Assembly: GCA_963422645.2 (NCBI GenBank) | Contig: CAXXVO010000014.1 | Coordinates: 320,001-384,000, forward strand | DNA from: Alphaproteobacteria bacterium | Lineage (GTDB): Bacteria; Pseudomonadota; Alphaproteobacteria; UBA828 | Reading direction: 5' to 3' | Length of the DNA stretch: 64,000 bases | Shown: positions 28,931 through 40,243 of the stretch, piece after piece | Numbering within the stretch: position 1 is the first letter of the stretch | Layout: each line of letters begins with the position of its first letter | Position numbers and translations under genes: made by a program | The notes under the pieces: model-generated | Database searches by the model: none | What the model saw: only the letters and a program-made list of their open reading frames with translations | What the model was told of the DNA's origin: nothing

Positions 28931-31021
28931 ATGGGCTATCGCATTGCCGTCGATACCGGCGGCACGTTCACCGATGTCGTGGTCGCCGACGACGCGGGCC
29001 AGCTCACCGTCGGCAAGGCGCTGACCACGGCCGAGCGCACCTTCGAGGGCTTCAGCGGCGCGCTCGCCAACGCCGGCGACATCGCGGGCGTCCCCTACGA
29101 GCGCCTGCTGGCCGAGACCGAGATGCTGATTTACGGCACCACGCGGTCGACCAACTCGATCATCGAGGGCAAGGTCGCGAAGACCGCGTTGCTCACCACC
29201 GAGGGCTTTCCGGACACGCTGCTCTACCGCCACGGCGGCAAGCGCGAGCCGCTCAACCTCGCGATGGAGTTCCCGCCGCCCTACATCCCGCGCCGGCTCA
29301 CCTTCGAGATCCCGGAGCGGATCAACGCCGAGGGCGGCATCGAGCGCGAACTCGACGAGCCCGCGGCGCGCGCGATCATCGAGGCGCTGCCGCGCAAGCG
29401 GATCGAGGCGGTCGCGGTCGCCCTGCTCTGGTCCATCGTGAATCCCGACCACGAGCTCCGCATCGGCGCGCTGATCGCCGAGATCATGCCCGGCGTGCCC
29501 TACACCCTCTCGCACCAGCTCAACCCGATCATCCGCGAGTTCCCGCGCACCTCGTCCACCGCCATCGACGCCTCGCTGAAGCCCTTGATGCAGAGCCATC
29601 TCGCTTCCTTCGAGAGCGACCTGCGCGCCGCCGGCTGCGAGGGCGAGGTGCTGATCTCGACGTCGTCGGGCGGCGTCATGCACGTGGACGACGTGGTGGC
29701 GAAGCCGATCTACACCGTGAAGTCGGGCCCTGCGATGGGCCCGCTCGCCGGCATCGCCTACGCCGGCGCCGAGGACCAGGGCGACGACGTCATCATCGTC
29801 GATACCGGGGGCACCACCTTCGACGTGAGCCTGGTCCGCAGCGGTCAGGTCAAGTACACGCGCGATACGTGGCTGCTCGGCGAGTGGATCGGCCACAACC
29901 TCGGCCTCTCCTCGGTGGACGTGCGCAGCGTCGGCGCGGGCGGCGGCTCCACCGCCTGGATCGACGCCGGCGGGCTGCTCCGCGTCGGCCCGCAGAGCGC
30001 GGGCGCCCGCCCCGGGCCCGCCTGCTACGGCCAGGGTGGCGAGGCGCCCACCGTCACCGACGCCGCCGTGGTCCTCGGCTACATCGACCCCGACTATTTC
30101 CTCGGCGGGCGCATGAGCCTCGACGTGACCGCCGCGGCCAGCGTGATCGAGAAGGTCGCGGCGCCCCTCAAGCTCTCGGCCGATGAGGCCGCCTCGGCGG
30201 TGCTCACCCTTGCCGGCGAGCAGATGATCAAGGCGATCCAGGAGATCACGGTCCAAGACGGCGTGAACCCCGGCGAGAGCATCATCGTCGCCGGCGGCGG
30301 CGCCGCCGGGCTCAACATCATCCCCATCGCCCAGGCGCTGGGCTGCCGCCGGGTGCTGCTGCCGCGCACGGCGGGCGCGCTCAGCGCCTGCGGCGGGCAG
30401 TTCTCCAACATCGTCTCCGAGTTCAGCGGGAGCCGGTACGCGCATTCCAACACCTTCGACTTCGAGGGCGTGAGCGCGACCCTCTCCGGCATCGCGGCGC
30501 GGATGGACGAGTTCGAGGAGAAGCTGCGCGGCCGCAGCATCGAGCGCTTCGGGCGCGAGTACTTCGTCGAGGCCCGCTATATCAACCAGCAGTGGGAGAT
30601 GGAGATTCCCATGCCCATGGACCGCTTCGAGGGCCAAGCGGACGTGGAGCGGCTGGTGGAAGCCTTCCACGACGTCCATTTCCGCCGCTATGCGGTCAAG
30701 GAAGAAGGCGGCGCCATCGAGTGCATCAACTGGAAGGGCCGGATCACGGCCTTCCTCGACAAGCCGTCGTTCCCGGCCGAGCCGATGAGCGACGCCGCCC
30801 TGCCCAAGCCGCGCCGCACCACACGCGCCTACTTCGGCGAGGCCGGGGCCTTGTTGGACACGCCCTTCCATCTCGGCGATGATCTGCTGCCCGGCATGGT
30901 GCTGAAGGGGCCGGCCATCGTCGAGGAGCCCACCACGACGATCGTCGTCTACCCGGGCTCGTCGGCGACCGTGACCGCCGGACGAAACTCAGACTTCCTG
31001 ACCTCTGCTGATTTTAGGTGA
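28931..31021 (+). CDS. Hydantoinase A/oxoprolinase, interrupted near the 3' end by an IS at 30990
   Basis: DTGGTFTD, DTGGTTFD, GAGGGS and GPAIVEE. The native tail YLLETGAAGA* is at ~36180-36212. Confidence 0.88.
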   Translation: MGYRIAVDTGGTFTDVVVADDAGQLTVGKALTTAERTFEGFSGALANAGDIAGVPYERLLAETEMLIYGTTRSTNSIIEGKVAKTALLTTEGFPDTLLYRHGGKREPLNLAMEFPPPYIPRRLTFEIPERINAEGGIERELDEPAARAIIEALPRKRIEAVAVALLWSIVNPDHELRIGALIAEIMPGVPYTLSHQLNPIIREFPRTSSTAIDASLKPLMQSHLASFESDLRAAGCEGEVLISTSSGGVMHVDDVVAKPIYTVKSGPAMGPLAGIAYAGAEDQGDDVIIVDTGGTTFDVSLVRSGQVKYTRDTWLLGEWIGHNLGLSSVDVRSVGAGGGSTAWIDAGGLLRVGPQSAGARPGPACYGQGGEAPTVTDAAVVLGYIDPDYFLGGRMSLDVTAAASVIEKVAAPLKLSADEAASAVLTLAGEQMIKAIQEITVQDGVNPGESIIVAGGGAAGLNIIPIAQALGCRRVLLPRTAGALSACGGQFSNIVSEFSGSRYAHSNTFDFEGVSATLSGIAARMDEFEEKLRGRSIERFGREYFVEARYINQQWEMEIPMPMDRFEGQADVERLVEAFHDVHFRRYAVKEEGGAIECINWKGRITAFLDKPSFPAEPMSDAALPKPRRTTRAYFGEAGALLDTPFHLGDDLLPGMVLKGPAIVEEPTTTIVVYPGSSATVTAGRNSDFLTSADFR

Positions 31022-31117
31022 CACGAGCCGCGCGGATTCCGAGGCCCCGTCGATGTCGTAGACTATGCGCAGACGGGTGCCGGGGAAGACCGTTTCGGTG
31101 GCGTTCAGGTCGCTCAG

Positions 31118-31868
31118 AACCGCATCGATCCAACGGTCGCAGGCGTCGTTTGCGAGGCCAAGAATGTGGACCCGCAGGAGGCCATTGCCAGGATCCGGCA
31201 GGATGTCGGCATCGGCGGTGAGCAGCGCTTGAAGCAGTTTCCGGGGATGGGGCTTGTGGCCCTGCGCCTGCATGACGGGAAGCATCATGCGGGTTTCGGC
31301 GCGGTAGGCGATCATCCGGATGACGTCGAGGAGGAGGCGCTCGCGCGCGGGCAAGGCATCGAGCTGCTCGGCTTCGTCGAGGTCGCCGGCCCGGCAGTGC
31401 TTGGGCGTCTCCCTGCGGCTGGCCCTGACGATGTCGCGGACATCCTGGAGGTCCCTGACTTCCCTCCTGAGTTCCGCCGTCGGCTGCTTCTTCCGGGCCG
31501 TGTCGGCGATGCGGTTGCGCAGGCGGCCAAGCTGGCGGTCGAGGCGATGGATTGCCTTGTCATAGGCCCGCCGCAGCGGGTTGACGACCATGGCGGCGGG
31601 ATCGAGAGGCTCGAGCTCGTGGGTCGGCAGGGCGTCGAGATTGAACTCGTCACGCATGTACTTGAAGAAGTTCTCCTGCGACCAGCGCGAGAACATGGCG
31701 CCCGCAACCTCAGCCATCGGCTTGTGCGGATCGGTGGTGATCAGCGGCACCTGACGGCCGTTGTCGAGCAGGCGGCGGATCTGGCGCACCCTGAAGCCGT
31801 TCGGCAACGTCACCGGCTTCTCAGCCAGCCGCATGGTGGCGCTGCCGTCCGCCGCCGGTCCGTGAATG
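31118..31868 (+). repeat. 751-bp direct repeat, left copy
   Basis: AACCGCATCG...CCGTGAATG, repeated at 33792-34542. Confidence 0.9.
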
Positions 31869-33791
31869 CCTGACTTCGACGGTTGATTCGCGTAAGTATT
31901 TGAAATTGGCCGGTTCTCATTTCCGGCCAGGCACTACATCCGGCGGCGCTGCGAGACCGGGCCGGGTTTCGTCGGCGGTCAGTCGAGCTGGTACGGGGTG
32001 ATCGTCAGGGGCAGCCCCATGGTCGCATAGATCTGTTCCGCCGCCGGTGTCGGCTTGGAGGGGATGACGTAGCGGTTGCCTGATTGGCGGCAGCGCAGGA
32101 CCGAGCATTGGCGGTGGACGAGGGCGGAGCGGATGACTTCCGGGGACATCCGCCGCTTCTGGATGGCGACGCGGTAGGCGAGGTGGCGGACGCAGGCGAA
32201 GGCCATGAAGGCGATGGCGATGTGGGCGCGGATCCGGTCCGGGTTCCAGTGCCAGATGGGGCGCACCCGCAGGTCGTGCTTGGTGATCCGGAAGCTCTCC
32301 TCGACCTGCCAGAGCCCGTGGTAGTGAGACATCACTTCGGTGACGCTGGCGTCGCGCAGATTGGTGATGACGCCGGCGAGCCCGTCCCATCGCTCGGCCT
32401 CGGCGATCTTCTCCGGGTTCACCGTGAGCCGGGCTTCGCCCTCGACGGCGATGAAGCGCTTCGCCCCGTGATTGGAGAGCAGCTCCTTCGGATTGTCGCT
32501 GCGGGCCAGCCTGTCGAGCAGGCGCTCCACCTGCTTGCGGCGCTCGTGTGCGTCCGTGCGCGCGCGCACGGGGCAGAAGACGACGATCAGGCGCCGGCCC
32601 TTGTGCTCCCATTCGCCGACCCGGCGCTTCTCCGGGCCCTCCAGCGGGGCATAGGTGCCCGGGTCGAGAATCTGCTTCCGCAGCGCGAGCGGCAGCTTGC
32701 GCAGCCGCGCGCCGACGACGTACTCGCCGCCGATCGTGTCCATGGCGTCGAGGTTGTCGGCGCTCAGCATGCCCCGGTCGGCCACGCACACCGTGCGCTC
32801 CACCTGGTGGCGGCGCTGCATGTCCTGCAAGACCGGGACCAGGCTGTGCCCCTCGTAGGTGGCGCCGGGAAAGACCTCGTAGCCGATCGGCAGCCCTTCG
32901 CGCGTCACCATCAATGCCAGCAGGACCTGCGAGTCCTTGTGCTTGCCGTCCTTGCTGAAGCCGTGCTGGCGAAGCTCGTCCTCAACCGCGGTCTCGAAGT
33001 AGAGCGTGGTGCAATCGAAGAAGAGGAGCGCGACCGGCTCCGGCAGCAGCGATCGGCTCGCCTCGCCCACCTGCGTGCGCAGACGCTCGATCACGGTCGC
33101 GCCGAGTTGGTCCATCATGCGGTAGACCTTCTCAAGGGGAAGGCTCACGCCGAAGTCCTCCTCGAGCCGGCGCACGCTGCCCCGCTTGCTGTCGGGGTTG
33201 GCGATGCGTGCCATCACCACGTGGAACAGCGCGTCGTGCGAGGCCCGGTAGCGCGATCGCGGCAGCAGCGCATCGAGGCCCAGCAGGCGGTACATCTCGC
33301 CGTAGACCTCGTGGACGCCAGTGATCAGGCGCTGCTCCTCTTCGAGTTGCTTGAGATCGACCGGGAGTTCCTGCTTGCCGTCGCCCTGGCGTCCGACGCG
33401 GATCACCTGGTCTGCGATCTTCTCGGGCGCAAACAGCAAAGGCTGGCGCTGGTCCTCCAGCTTCGCCTTGACGTACTCGCCGAGCTGCCTCAGGCGCTCG
33501 AGCTCGTCCTCGTCCATGGCCACGCCGATGTGGCGAACGATGCGCTGTCGGACCTTGCCGCCGTCGCGCACGGCCTCGACGAGCTGGACCGAGCGTCGCG
33601 GGCTGTTGGGCGTGGTCTTGATGCGAACGAACACGGGGAAAGTGTAGCGCGCGGCGGGGGTATCGACAACCACATATACCTACTAGGCACTACAAAGCGG
33701 CTTGACCGCACCGCAACTTCTAAGTCATTGTCTTTGCAGAAAACTCCAGACGGGAGATCAGCCAAAATCCGGCCCAACCGTCGAAGTCAGG
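31869..33791 (-). mobile_element. IS1634-family element, copy 2
   Basis: Same TIRs, length and protein as 3310-5232. Confidence 0.9.
31979..33634 (-). CDS. IS1634-family transposase
   Basis: Translation identical to copy 1. Confidence 0.88.
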   Translation of the reverse strand: MFVRIKTTPNSPRRSVQLVEAVRDGGKVRQRIVRHIGVAMDEDELERLRQLGEYVKAKLEDQRQPLLFAPEKIADQVIRVGRQGDGKQELPVDLKQLEEEQRLITGVHEVYGEMYRLLGLDALLPRSRYRASHDALFHVVMARIANPDSKRGSVRRLEEDFGVSLPLEKVYRMMDQLGATVIERLRTQVGEASRSLLPEPVALLFFDCTTLYFETAVEDELRQHGFSKDGKHKDSQVLLALMVTREGLPIGYEVFPGATYEGHSLVPVLQDMQRRHQVERTVCVADRGMLSADNLDAMDTIGGEYVVGARLRKLPLALRKQILDPGTYAPLEGPEKRRVGEWEHKGRRLIVVFCPVRARTDAHERRKQVERLLDRLARSDNPKELLSNHGAKRFIAVEGEARLTVNPEKIAEAERWDGLAGVITNLRDASVTEVMSHYHGLWQVEESFRITKHDLRVRPIWHWNPDRIRAHIAIAFMAFACVRHLAYRVAIQKRRMSPEVIRSALVHRQCSVLRCRQSGNRYVIPSKPTPAAEQIYATMGLPLTITPYQLD

Positions 33792-34542
33792 AACCGCATC
33801 GATCCAACGGTCGCAGGCGTCGTTTGCGAGGCCAAGAATGTGGACCCGCAGGAGGCCATTGCCAGGATCCGGCAGGATGTCGGCATCGGCGGTGAGCAGC
33901 GCTTGAAGCAGTTTCCGGGGATGGGGCTTGTGGCCCTGCGCCTGCATGACGGGAAGCATCATGCGGGTTTCGGCGCGGTAGGCGATCATCCGGATGACGT
34001 CGAGGAGGAGGCGCTCGCGCGCGGGCAAGGCATCGAGCTGCTCGGCTTCGTCGAGGTCGCCGGCCCGGCAGTGCTTGGGCGTCTCCCTGCGGCTGGCCCT
34101 GACGATGTCGCGGACATCCTGGAGGTCCCTGACTTCCCTCCTGAGTTCCGCCGTCGGCTGCTTCTTCCGGGCCGTGTCGGCGATGCGGTTGCGCAGGCGG
34201 CCAAGCTGGCGGTCGAGGCGATGGATTGCCTTGTCATAGGCCCGCCGCAGCGGGTTGACGACCATGGCGGCGGGATCGAGAGGCTCGAGCTCGTGGGTCG
34301 GCAGGGCGTCGAGATTGAACTCGTCACGCATGTACTTGAAGAAGTTCTCCTGCGACCAGCGCGAGAACATGGCGCCCGCAACCTCAGCCATCGGCTTGTG
34401 CGGATCGGTGGTGATCAGCGGCACCTGACGGCCGTTGTCGAGCAGGCGGCGGATCTGGCGCACCCTGAAGCCGTTCGGCAACGTCACCGGCTTCTCAGCC
34501 AGCCGCATGGTGGCGCTGCCGTCCGCCGCCGGTCCGTGAATG
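33792..34542 (+). repeat. 751-bp direct repeat, right copy
   Basis: Begins at the base after the IS1634 TIR. Confidence 0.9.
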
Positions 34543-36021
34543 GGAACGGTCATCGCGCCGAAGTCCTCGGCCGGCCAGTCCTCGCCCCTGAAGTTCTTGT
34601 GCCAGGTCAGGCAGGCGACGCCGCGCCTCGCCAGCCGGCGGAACAGATCCGGGCTCCAGCCCTCGCGGTCGAAGACCAGGGTGAGCGCCGGCTGGCCGGG
34701 ATGCTCGGCGGTCAGGTCCGGCGCCCCGGCGCCAACGATCCCAAGCTCCTGCAGCGCCGGCACCACGTCGGCTTCGATGGCCGCGACCATCTTCGGGTCC
34801 AGCGGCTTGTGCAGACAGAGCAGCGGCTTGCCGCCCAGAGCGTTGATCCAGTAGCTGGCGCTCGCCGGCAGGCACAGCTTCTCGCGCGAGACGAAGTGCT
34901 TGGGCAAGCGCCCCTTGCGGCCGGAGTAGACCTTGACGTGCCCGTCGATGGCCAGCGTCGCCCAGAGCTCCGGCTCGTCGGCCTTGCCAGCGCCTGGCAA
35001 GGGCGAGCTGCCACGCCCGCACGCCGGCCTCGTCGTCGGCGATGAGAGCGATCTTGCGGCGCAGCGTCTTGACCTCGGGGCAGCGATCGAGGCCGAGAAT
35101 GGCGCCCCATTCGCCCGGCGCCTGGTAGCGCAGGCTCTCGGGGTTGCGCACCCGCGCCAAGGTCATGAAGGCCAGGAAGAGCAGGATCGTAGGCAAGCCG
35201 TAATAGCCCTTCGGCAGCAATGGCAGGAGACCGGTCTCGGAGAGAAGACCTTCCTTCAGCAGGGCCGGCAGGGCGGCGAGCACGCCGCCGAAGCGGACAC
35301 CGCGGGCGGCGGCGGCGAACTGCGGTTCGACCGGCCCCGCCTGTCCACAACTGGCCAGAACCCGAGCCGGAACATCGCAAGTCGCACGCCCCATCGGCGC
35401 CTGCCGGTCCCGCCGATCGCGCGCGCTGCGATCCGTTTGCGGCTGCGCTTCCAGCCCCGGCGCCGTCTCCGGCCCCGGGGCACCGGTACTCTCTTCATCG
35501 ACACGGCCTTCAGGAGCCGCACCCGCGTCAGGCGGCGCAGCCAGCGCTGAGCGTCCGGGCTCCCCATCCGCCTCCGTGTTGCCGATCAGTCCCTGACGGC
35601 GCCACTTGTTGACCGATGGCGCTGACACGCCGAGAACCCGGGCCGCCGCAGAGCCGCTCAGGCCCGATGCCAGCAACGCCGTCGCCTTCTCCGCCAACTC
35701 CGGAGTGAACACCGACGGCCCGCGACCGCGCCGGGGCTTCATGAACCCCGCTTCGCCCTCGGCCAGGTAGCGCCGTCGTGCGCGCTGCACCGTCGCGCGC
35801 GAGACAGCGAAAGCGTCAGCCAGTTCCTGCGGCGAGACCGCGCTGATCGCCGCGAGGCGGCCGATCCGCAAGAGCATGGCCGTGCGGTCATCGGCGGCGT
35901 GGCTGTCAAAGGGAATGAGGTTGGAAAAGTAGGTGAAGGTGTCGTCCGAGATCAGGACGGCGAAGCAGCTGTTGCCGATCGAGACCGCCTCTGGAGGGCA
36001 CATTGGGAGGGTACTGGGCAT
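33792..36021 (-). pseudogene. Frameshifted and interrupted copy of the 786-aa transposase
   Basis: CAAGGCCGAC here versus CAAGGCGCCGAC in the intact copy. The C-terminus is displaced to 30989-31868. Confidence 0.88.
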
Positions 36022-36223
36022 GGTTGAGACCGTGCAATTGGTATCAAATTATAATATCAGACCTCGGGCGCGACACCCAGCGAAAAACCGCCTGAAACAA
36101 CCGAAATGTATCAGAATTCAAGGAGTTCCCGGCACGCTGCCCAGAACAGCCAGCATCACGAGGTCAGGAAGTCTGAAACTACCTGCTGGAGACTGGCGCC
36201 GCCGGCGCCTGAGGGAGGAAGCG

Positions 36224-36818
36224 ATGGCACAAGCACTCGCCGAGGCTGGGCGCGAGAACCGCATCAACCCGGTCCTGCTGCCGGTGATGGCAAACCGCAT
36301 GGACGCGGTCTGCCGCGAGATGACCAACACCATGCTGCTGGCGGCGCGCTCTTCCGTCATCGGCATGGCGCGCGACTTCTCATGCGCGGTCATCACGTCC
36401 GACAACCAGGTGCTCGCCGTGGCCGAGGGCTTCCCTATCCACGTCTGGGGCACCAACATCCAGACCAAGTCGATGCAGGACCTGCATCCCGACTATGCCG
36501 AGGGCGATGCCTACCTGCACAACGACCCCTACCTCGGCAACACCCACCCGGCCGACCACACCATCCTGGTGCCGGTGTTCCACGAGGGCGAGCACTTCTT
36601 CACCGTCGCGGTGAAGGCCCATCAGGCCGATGTCGGCAACAGCCTGCCCACCACCTACATGGCGCAAGCCGCGGACGTCTATCAGGAAGGCGCGCTGATC
36701 TTCCCCTGCGTACAGGTGCAACGCGACTTCCAGGACATCGAAGACATCATCCGCATGTGCGAGCGCCGCATCCGCGTGCCCGAGCAGTGGTACGGCGATT
36801 ATCTCGCCGCCGTCGGCG
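36224..36818 (+). pseudogene. Hydantoinase B N-terminal fragment
   Basis: ARDFSCA, NDPYLGNTH, HQADVGN and WYGDYLAAVG, after which similarity ends abruptly. Confidence 0.85.
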
Positions 36819-37692
36819 TGAGCGCGCGCGGTCTTTCAGCGGGGATCGGGGCCTGATCCGCTCGGATTTGTTGAGGTTTTGGGGCGGGTGCCCCTCGGCG
36901 AACTTGCAAGAAGTTCGCCGGGGGGCTTTGTCTCGTGGTGACGGTCACAATCGCCAGAGACGGCCCCAATGTCGCACAACATTTTCCGCCACTCCATGCT
37001 TTGCAACGCCCTGGTCTGGGCCTGGCTGCGCGAGGTCGATGAGGCCGAGGCGGCGCGCTGCCGCGAGGCGGGCTGCCGACACTGCCCCGGCAAGCTGCAC
37101 AGCGCGACGTATCCGCGCAAGCCGTACGGTCTGGCAGCCGAGTTGAGGGAAGAGGGCACGCGGCGGTTCAGCTTCTGCTGCGCGGATTGCCGCCTGCGAG
37201 CGACCCCACCATCGGTACGATTCTTCGGGCGCCGCTTTTATCTGGGCGCCCTGTTCGTTCTGTTGAGTGCACTGGTTCTGAGAGGCGGGGTGCGGTTGCA
37301 GACGATCAAGCGGAAGTGGGGGGTCTCGGTCGCCACACTGCGCCGCTGGCGGAAGTGGTGGCTGGAGGCGTTCCCGGCGACGGAGCCCTGGGGAGCGAAG
37401 CGTGGCGAACTGGTGATGCCACCCGAGGAGGTGCCGCTGCTCTTCGTGCTGCGGCAGATGCGGGGCGGACGCTTCGGTGAGCGTCTGTTCCTGAGCCTGA
37501 TCTGGTTCAAGCCGTGGACGGGCTATTGCGGGCTCGGCGATGGCTCGGCGCCGCCCGCAGAAAGTGTTCCTGTCACGCCCGGATAGGGCGTTCTACATGG
37601 GCATCTCTCCGATGCGGCGAGGGAGGGATGCCGGAATGGACAAGGACGACGCAGGCGCCAGGCGCGAGAAGTGGGCCCGGCTGCGCTTTGCG
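36819..37692 (+). mobile_element. Left part of a transposon-like element (DUF6431-like ORF plus transposase start), truncated by IS21
   Basis: Begins with TG at the hydantoinase B breakpoint. A Cys-rich ORF is followed by MDKDDAGARREKWARLRFA at 37636-37692. Confidence 0.6.
36969..37586 (+). CDS. Zn-ribbon/HTH accessory protein (DUF6431-like)
   Basis: CRHC..LH...YPRKP, RFSFCCADC...TPPSVRF and VSVATLRRWRKWW. Confidence 0.65.
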   Translation: MSHNIFRHSMLCNALVWAWLREVDEAEAARCREAGCRHCPGKLHSATYPRKPYGLAAELREEGTRRFSFCCADCRLRATPPSVRFFGRRFYLGALFVLLSALVLRGGVRLQTIKRKWGVSVATLRRWRKWWLEAFPATEPWGAKRGELVMPPEEVPLLFVLRQMRGGRFGERLFLSLIWFKPWTGYCGLGDGSAPPAESVPVTPG

Positions 37693-37811
37693 TGTTGTTA
37701 AGCGTGGAAAAGTGACCCCCTATTGGGGGTGATCGGCGTCCAAAATTGACCCCCTTGGATTTGTGTCCATGAACACACCTCGTCGTTTGGACGGACGGGG
37801 TGGTGGGGGAG

Positions 37812-39326
37812 ATGCTGGTTGTGGAAACGATCGCGAAGATCCGTCGGGATCATCTGGTGAAGGGCGTTCCGATCAAGAAGCTCGCCCGGGATTTGAGGGT
37901 TTCCAAGAACACGATACGCAAGGTGGTGCGGGGCGATGCGACCTCGCACAGCTACGAGCGCAAGATCCAGCCGATGCCGAAGCTTGGGCTGTGGGTGGAG
38001 GAGCTTGAGCGCCAGCTGAAGGCCAACGAGAAGAAGGCACGCAAGGATCGGCTGTCTCTTCTGCGGATTCATGAAGACCTTGTGTCGCTGGGCTACAAGG
38101 GCGGCTATGACGCGGTTCGCCGCTATGCCAGGGCCTGGCGGCGCCGGTGGCGGCTGTTGTCGCCGGCGCAGGCCTATGTGCCGCTGATCTTCGATCCCGG
38201 CGAGGCCTACCAGTTCGACTGGAGCCACGAGTACGCGCGTCTGTCGGGCGCGACGACCAGGGTGAAGGCGGCGCACATGCGGCTGTGCCACAGCCGGATG
38301 TATCTGGTCCAGATCTTTCCCCGCGAGAGCCAGGAGATGGTCTTCGAGGCGCACGAGCGTGCCTTCCGCTTCTTCGGCGGGGTCTGCCGGCGGGGCATCT
38401 ACGACAACATGAAGACGGCGGTGAGCACGATCTTCGTGGGCAAGAAGCGGGACTACAACCGCCGCTTCCAGGAGCTGTGCTCGCACCATCTGGTGGAGCC
38501 TGTGGCGTGCACGCCAGGGGCTGGCTGGGAGAAGGGGCAGGTCGAGAAGCAGGTGGGTGACCTTCGCGGCCGCCTGTTCGTGCCCATCCCGCGGGGCCGC
38601 TCCTACGCCGAGATCAACGAGTGGCTGATGGATCGGTGCATCGAGGACGCCAAGAAGCATCCGCATCCGACAATCCCGGGCAAGACGGTGTGGCAGGTGT
38701 TCGAGGAGGAGCAGCCCTTCCTGATGGCGTATCGCGGCCCCTTCGACGGCTTCCATGCCAGCGAGGTGTCGGTCTCGAAGACCTGTCTGGTGCGCTTCGA
38801 CAACAACCAGTACAGCGTCGCGGCCCGCGCCGTCGGCCGGCCGGTGGACGTGCGGGCCTATGCCGATCGGATCGTCATCCGCCAGGACGGCGAGACCGTT
38901 GCCGAGCACCCCCGCAGCTTCGGGCGCGGCCGGTTCGTCTACGATCCGTGGCATTACGTGCCGATCCTGACGCGGAAGCCCGGCGCGCTACGCAATGGCG
39001 CGCCCTTCAAGGACTGGCAGTTGCCCAACGCGCTCGGCCGCCTGCGAACCCGGCTCGCGGGCCACGACGACGGCGACCGGCAGTTCGTCAAGGTGCTCGC
39101 GGCGGTGCTGGAGGACGGACTGGAGGCGGTTGAGGCGGCCTGTGCCGAGACGCTCGACTGCGGTGCCTGCAGCGCCGACGTGGTGCTCAACATCCTCGCC
39201 CGGCAGCGCCAGCCGGCACCGCCGGCAATCATCCCGACGCCCGAGGGCCTGCAGCTTCGCCACAAGCCGGTAGCCGACTGTCAGCGCTACGACAGCCTGA
39301 GGGAGGCCGGTCATGGAGCGTCATGA
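37812..39326 (+). CDS. istA: IS21 transposase IstA
   Basis: Translation identical to copy 1. Confidence 0.95.
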   Translation: MLVVETIAKIRRDHLVKGVPIKKLARDLRVSKNTIRKVVRGDATSHSYERKIQPMPKLGLWVEELERQLKANEKKARKDRLSLLRIHEDLVSLGYKGGYDAVRRYARAWRRRWRLLSPAQAYVPLIFDPGEAYQFDWSHEYARLSGATTRVKAAHMRLCHSRMYLVQIFPRESQEMVFEAHERAFRFFGGVCRRGIYDNMKTAVSTIFVGKKRDYNRRFQELCSHHLVEPVACTPGAGWEKGQVEKQVGDLRGRLFVPIPRGRSYAEINEWLMDRCIEDAKKHPHPTIPGKTVWQVFEEEQPFLMAYRGPFDGFHASEVSVSKTCLVRFDNNQYSVAARAVGRPVDVRAYADRIVIRQDGETVAEHPRSFGRGRFVYDPWHYVPILTRKPGALRNGAPFKDWQLPNALGRLRTRLAGHDDGDRQFVKVLAAVLEDGLEAVEAACAETLDCGACSADVVLNILARQRQPAPPAIIPTPEGLQLRHKPVADCQRYDSLREAGHGAS

Positions 39327-40041
39327 TGTGCTGGAGATGATGACCCAGCTGAAGCTCGCAGGTATGCGCGCCGCTTACGACGACATCCTTGCCGACGGGC
39401 TCAAGCGCCGCCATCCGGTGCAACAGATCATCGGTACGCTGCTGCAGGTCGAGATCGCCGACAAGAGGGCCCGCTCGATCAAGTACCAGATGGCCTCCGC
39501 CAAGCTGCCGACGGTCAAGGAGCTGGCCGACTTCGACTTCGCCGCCTCGCCGGTCAACGAGCCCCTGATCCAGGAGCTCGCCGGCGGCGGCTTCCTCGAG
39601 GGCAAACGCAACATCGTGCTGGTCGGCGGCACCGGTACCGGCAAGACCCATCTCGCCGTCGCCATCGCGCGGTCCTGCATCCGCAAGGGCGCGCGCGGCC
39701 GGTGCTACAACGTCGTCGACCTGGTCAACCTCCTCGAGGCCGAGCTTCGCGCCGGACGCCAGGGCCGCACTGCAGACCAGCTCGTCCGCCGCGACTTCGT
39801 CATCCTCGACGAGCTCGGCTACCTGCCCTTCGCCCAGGCCGGTGGGCAGCTGCTCTTCCATCTGATGAGCCGGCTCTACGAGCGCACCTCGATCGTCATC
39901 ACCACAAACCTCGCCTTCGGCGAATGGCCATCCGTCTTCGGCGACCCCAAGATGACCACAGCGCTGCTCGATCGCCTCACCCATCATTGCGAGATCATCG
40001 AGACCGGCAACGAGAGCTGGCGCTTCAAGAACCGCTCCTGA
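39313..40041 (+). CDS. istB: IS21 ATPase IstB
   Basis: Translation identical to copy 1. Confidence 0.95.
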   Translation: MERHDVLEMMTQLKLAGMRAAYDDILADGLKRRHPVQQIIGTLLQVEIADKRARSIKYQMASAKLPTVKELADFDFAASPVNEPLIQELAGGGFLEGKRNIVLVGGTGTGKTHLAVAIARSCIRKGARGRCYNVVDLVNLLEAELRAGRQGRTADQLVRRDFVILDELGYLPFAQAGGQLLFHLMSRLYERTSIVITTNLAFGEWPSVFGDPKMTTALLDRLTHHCEIIETGNESWRFKNRS

Positions 40042-40243
40042 CCCGCCGCCGGCCTCCCTTGCGGCCCGGTTGCCCCGGTGGGCCAACAGGGACCCCCCAC
40101 GCGGCTTCGCTCCGCGTAGCGCAGGGCGCCACACGAAGCCGCGCGGGTCCCCCCTATTGGCTACCGGGACAACCTCCGCCGTGCCACTCAGGGGGGTCAA
40201 TTTTGCACGCCGATCGGGGGTCAGTATTGAAAGCCGATTGACA

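Larger units (their letters stand above)
30990..36175 (-). mobile_element. Second, inactivated copy of the unclassified IS
   Basis: Same TIRs, flanked by AAACT direct repeats. It carries a nested IS1634, a 751-bp duplication and a 2-bp frameshift near 34980. Confidence 0.9.
37693..40243 (+). mobile_element. IS21-family element, copy 2 (2551 bp)
   Basis: TGTTGTTAAG...GATTGACA ends, istA and istB. No TSD. Confidence 0.92.

Noticed and set aside
3310-33791. Composite transposon bounded by the two IS1634 copies
   Set aside because: Copy 2 is explained by its own 751-bp duplication, and the outer flanks do not match.
34960-35000. Programmed frameshift in the large transposase
   Set aside because: The intact copy is continuous. 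This is a 2-bp deletion with no slippery motif.
6037-40243. Simple inversion or composite transposon between the inverted IS21 copies
   Set aside because: No pairing of the four flanks gives a TSD or restores any interrupted gene.
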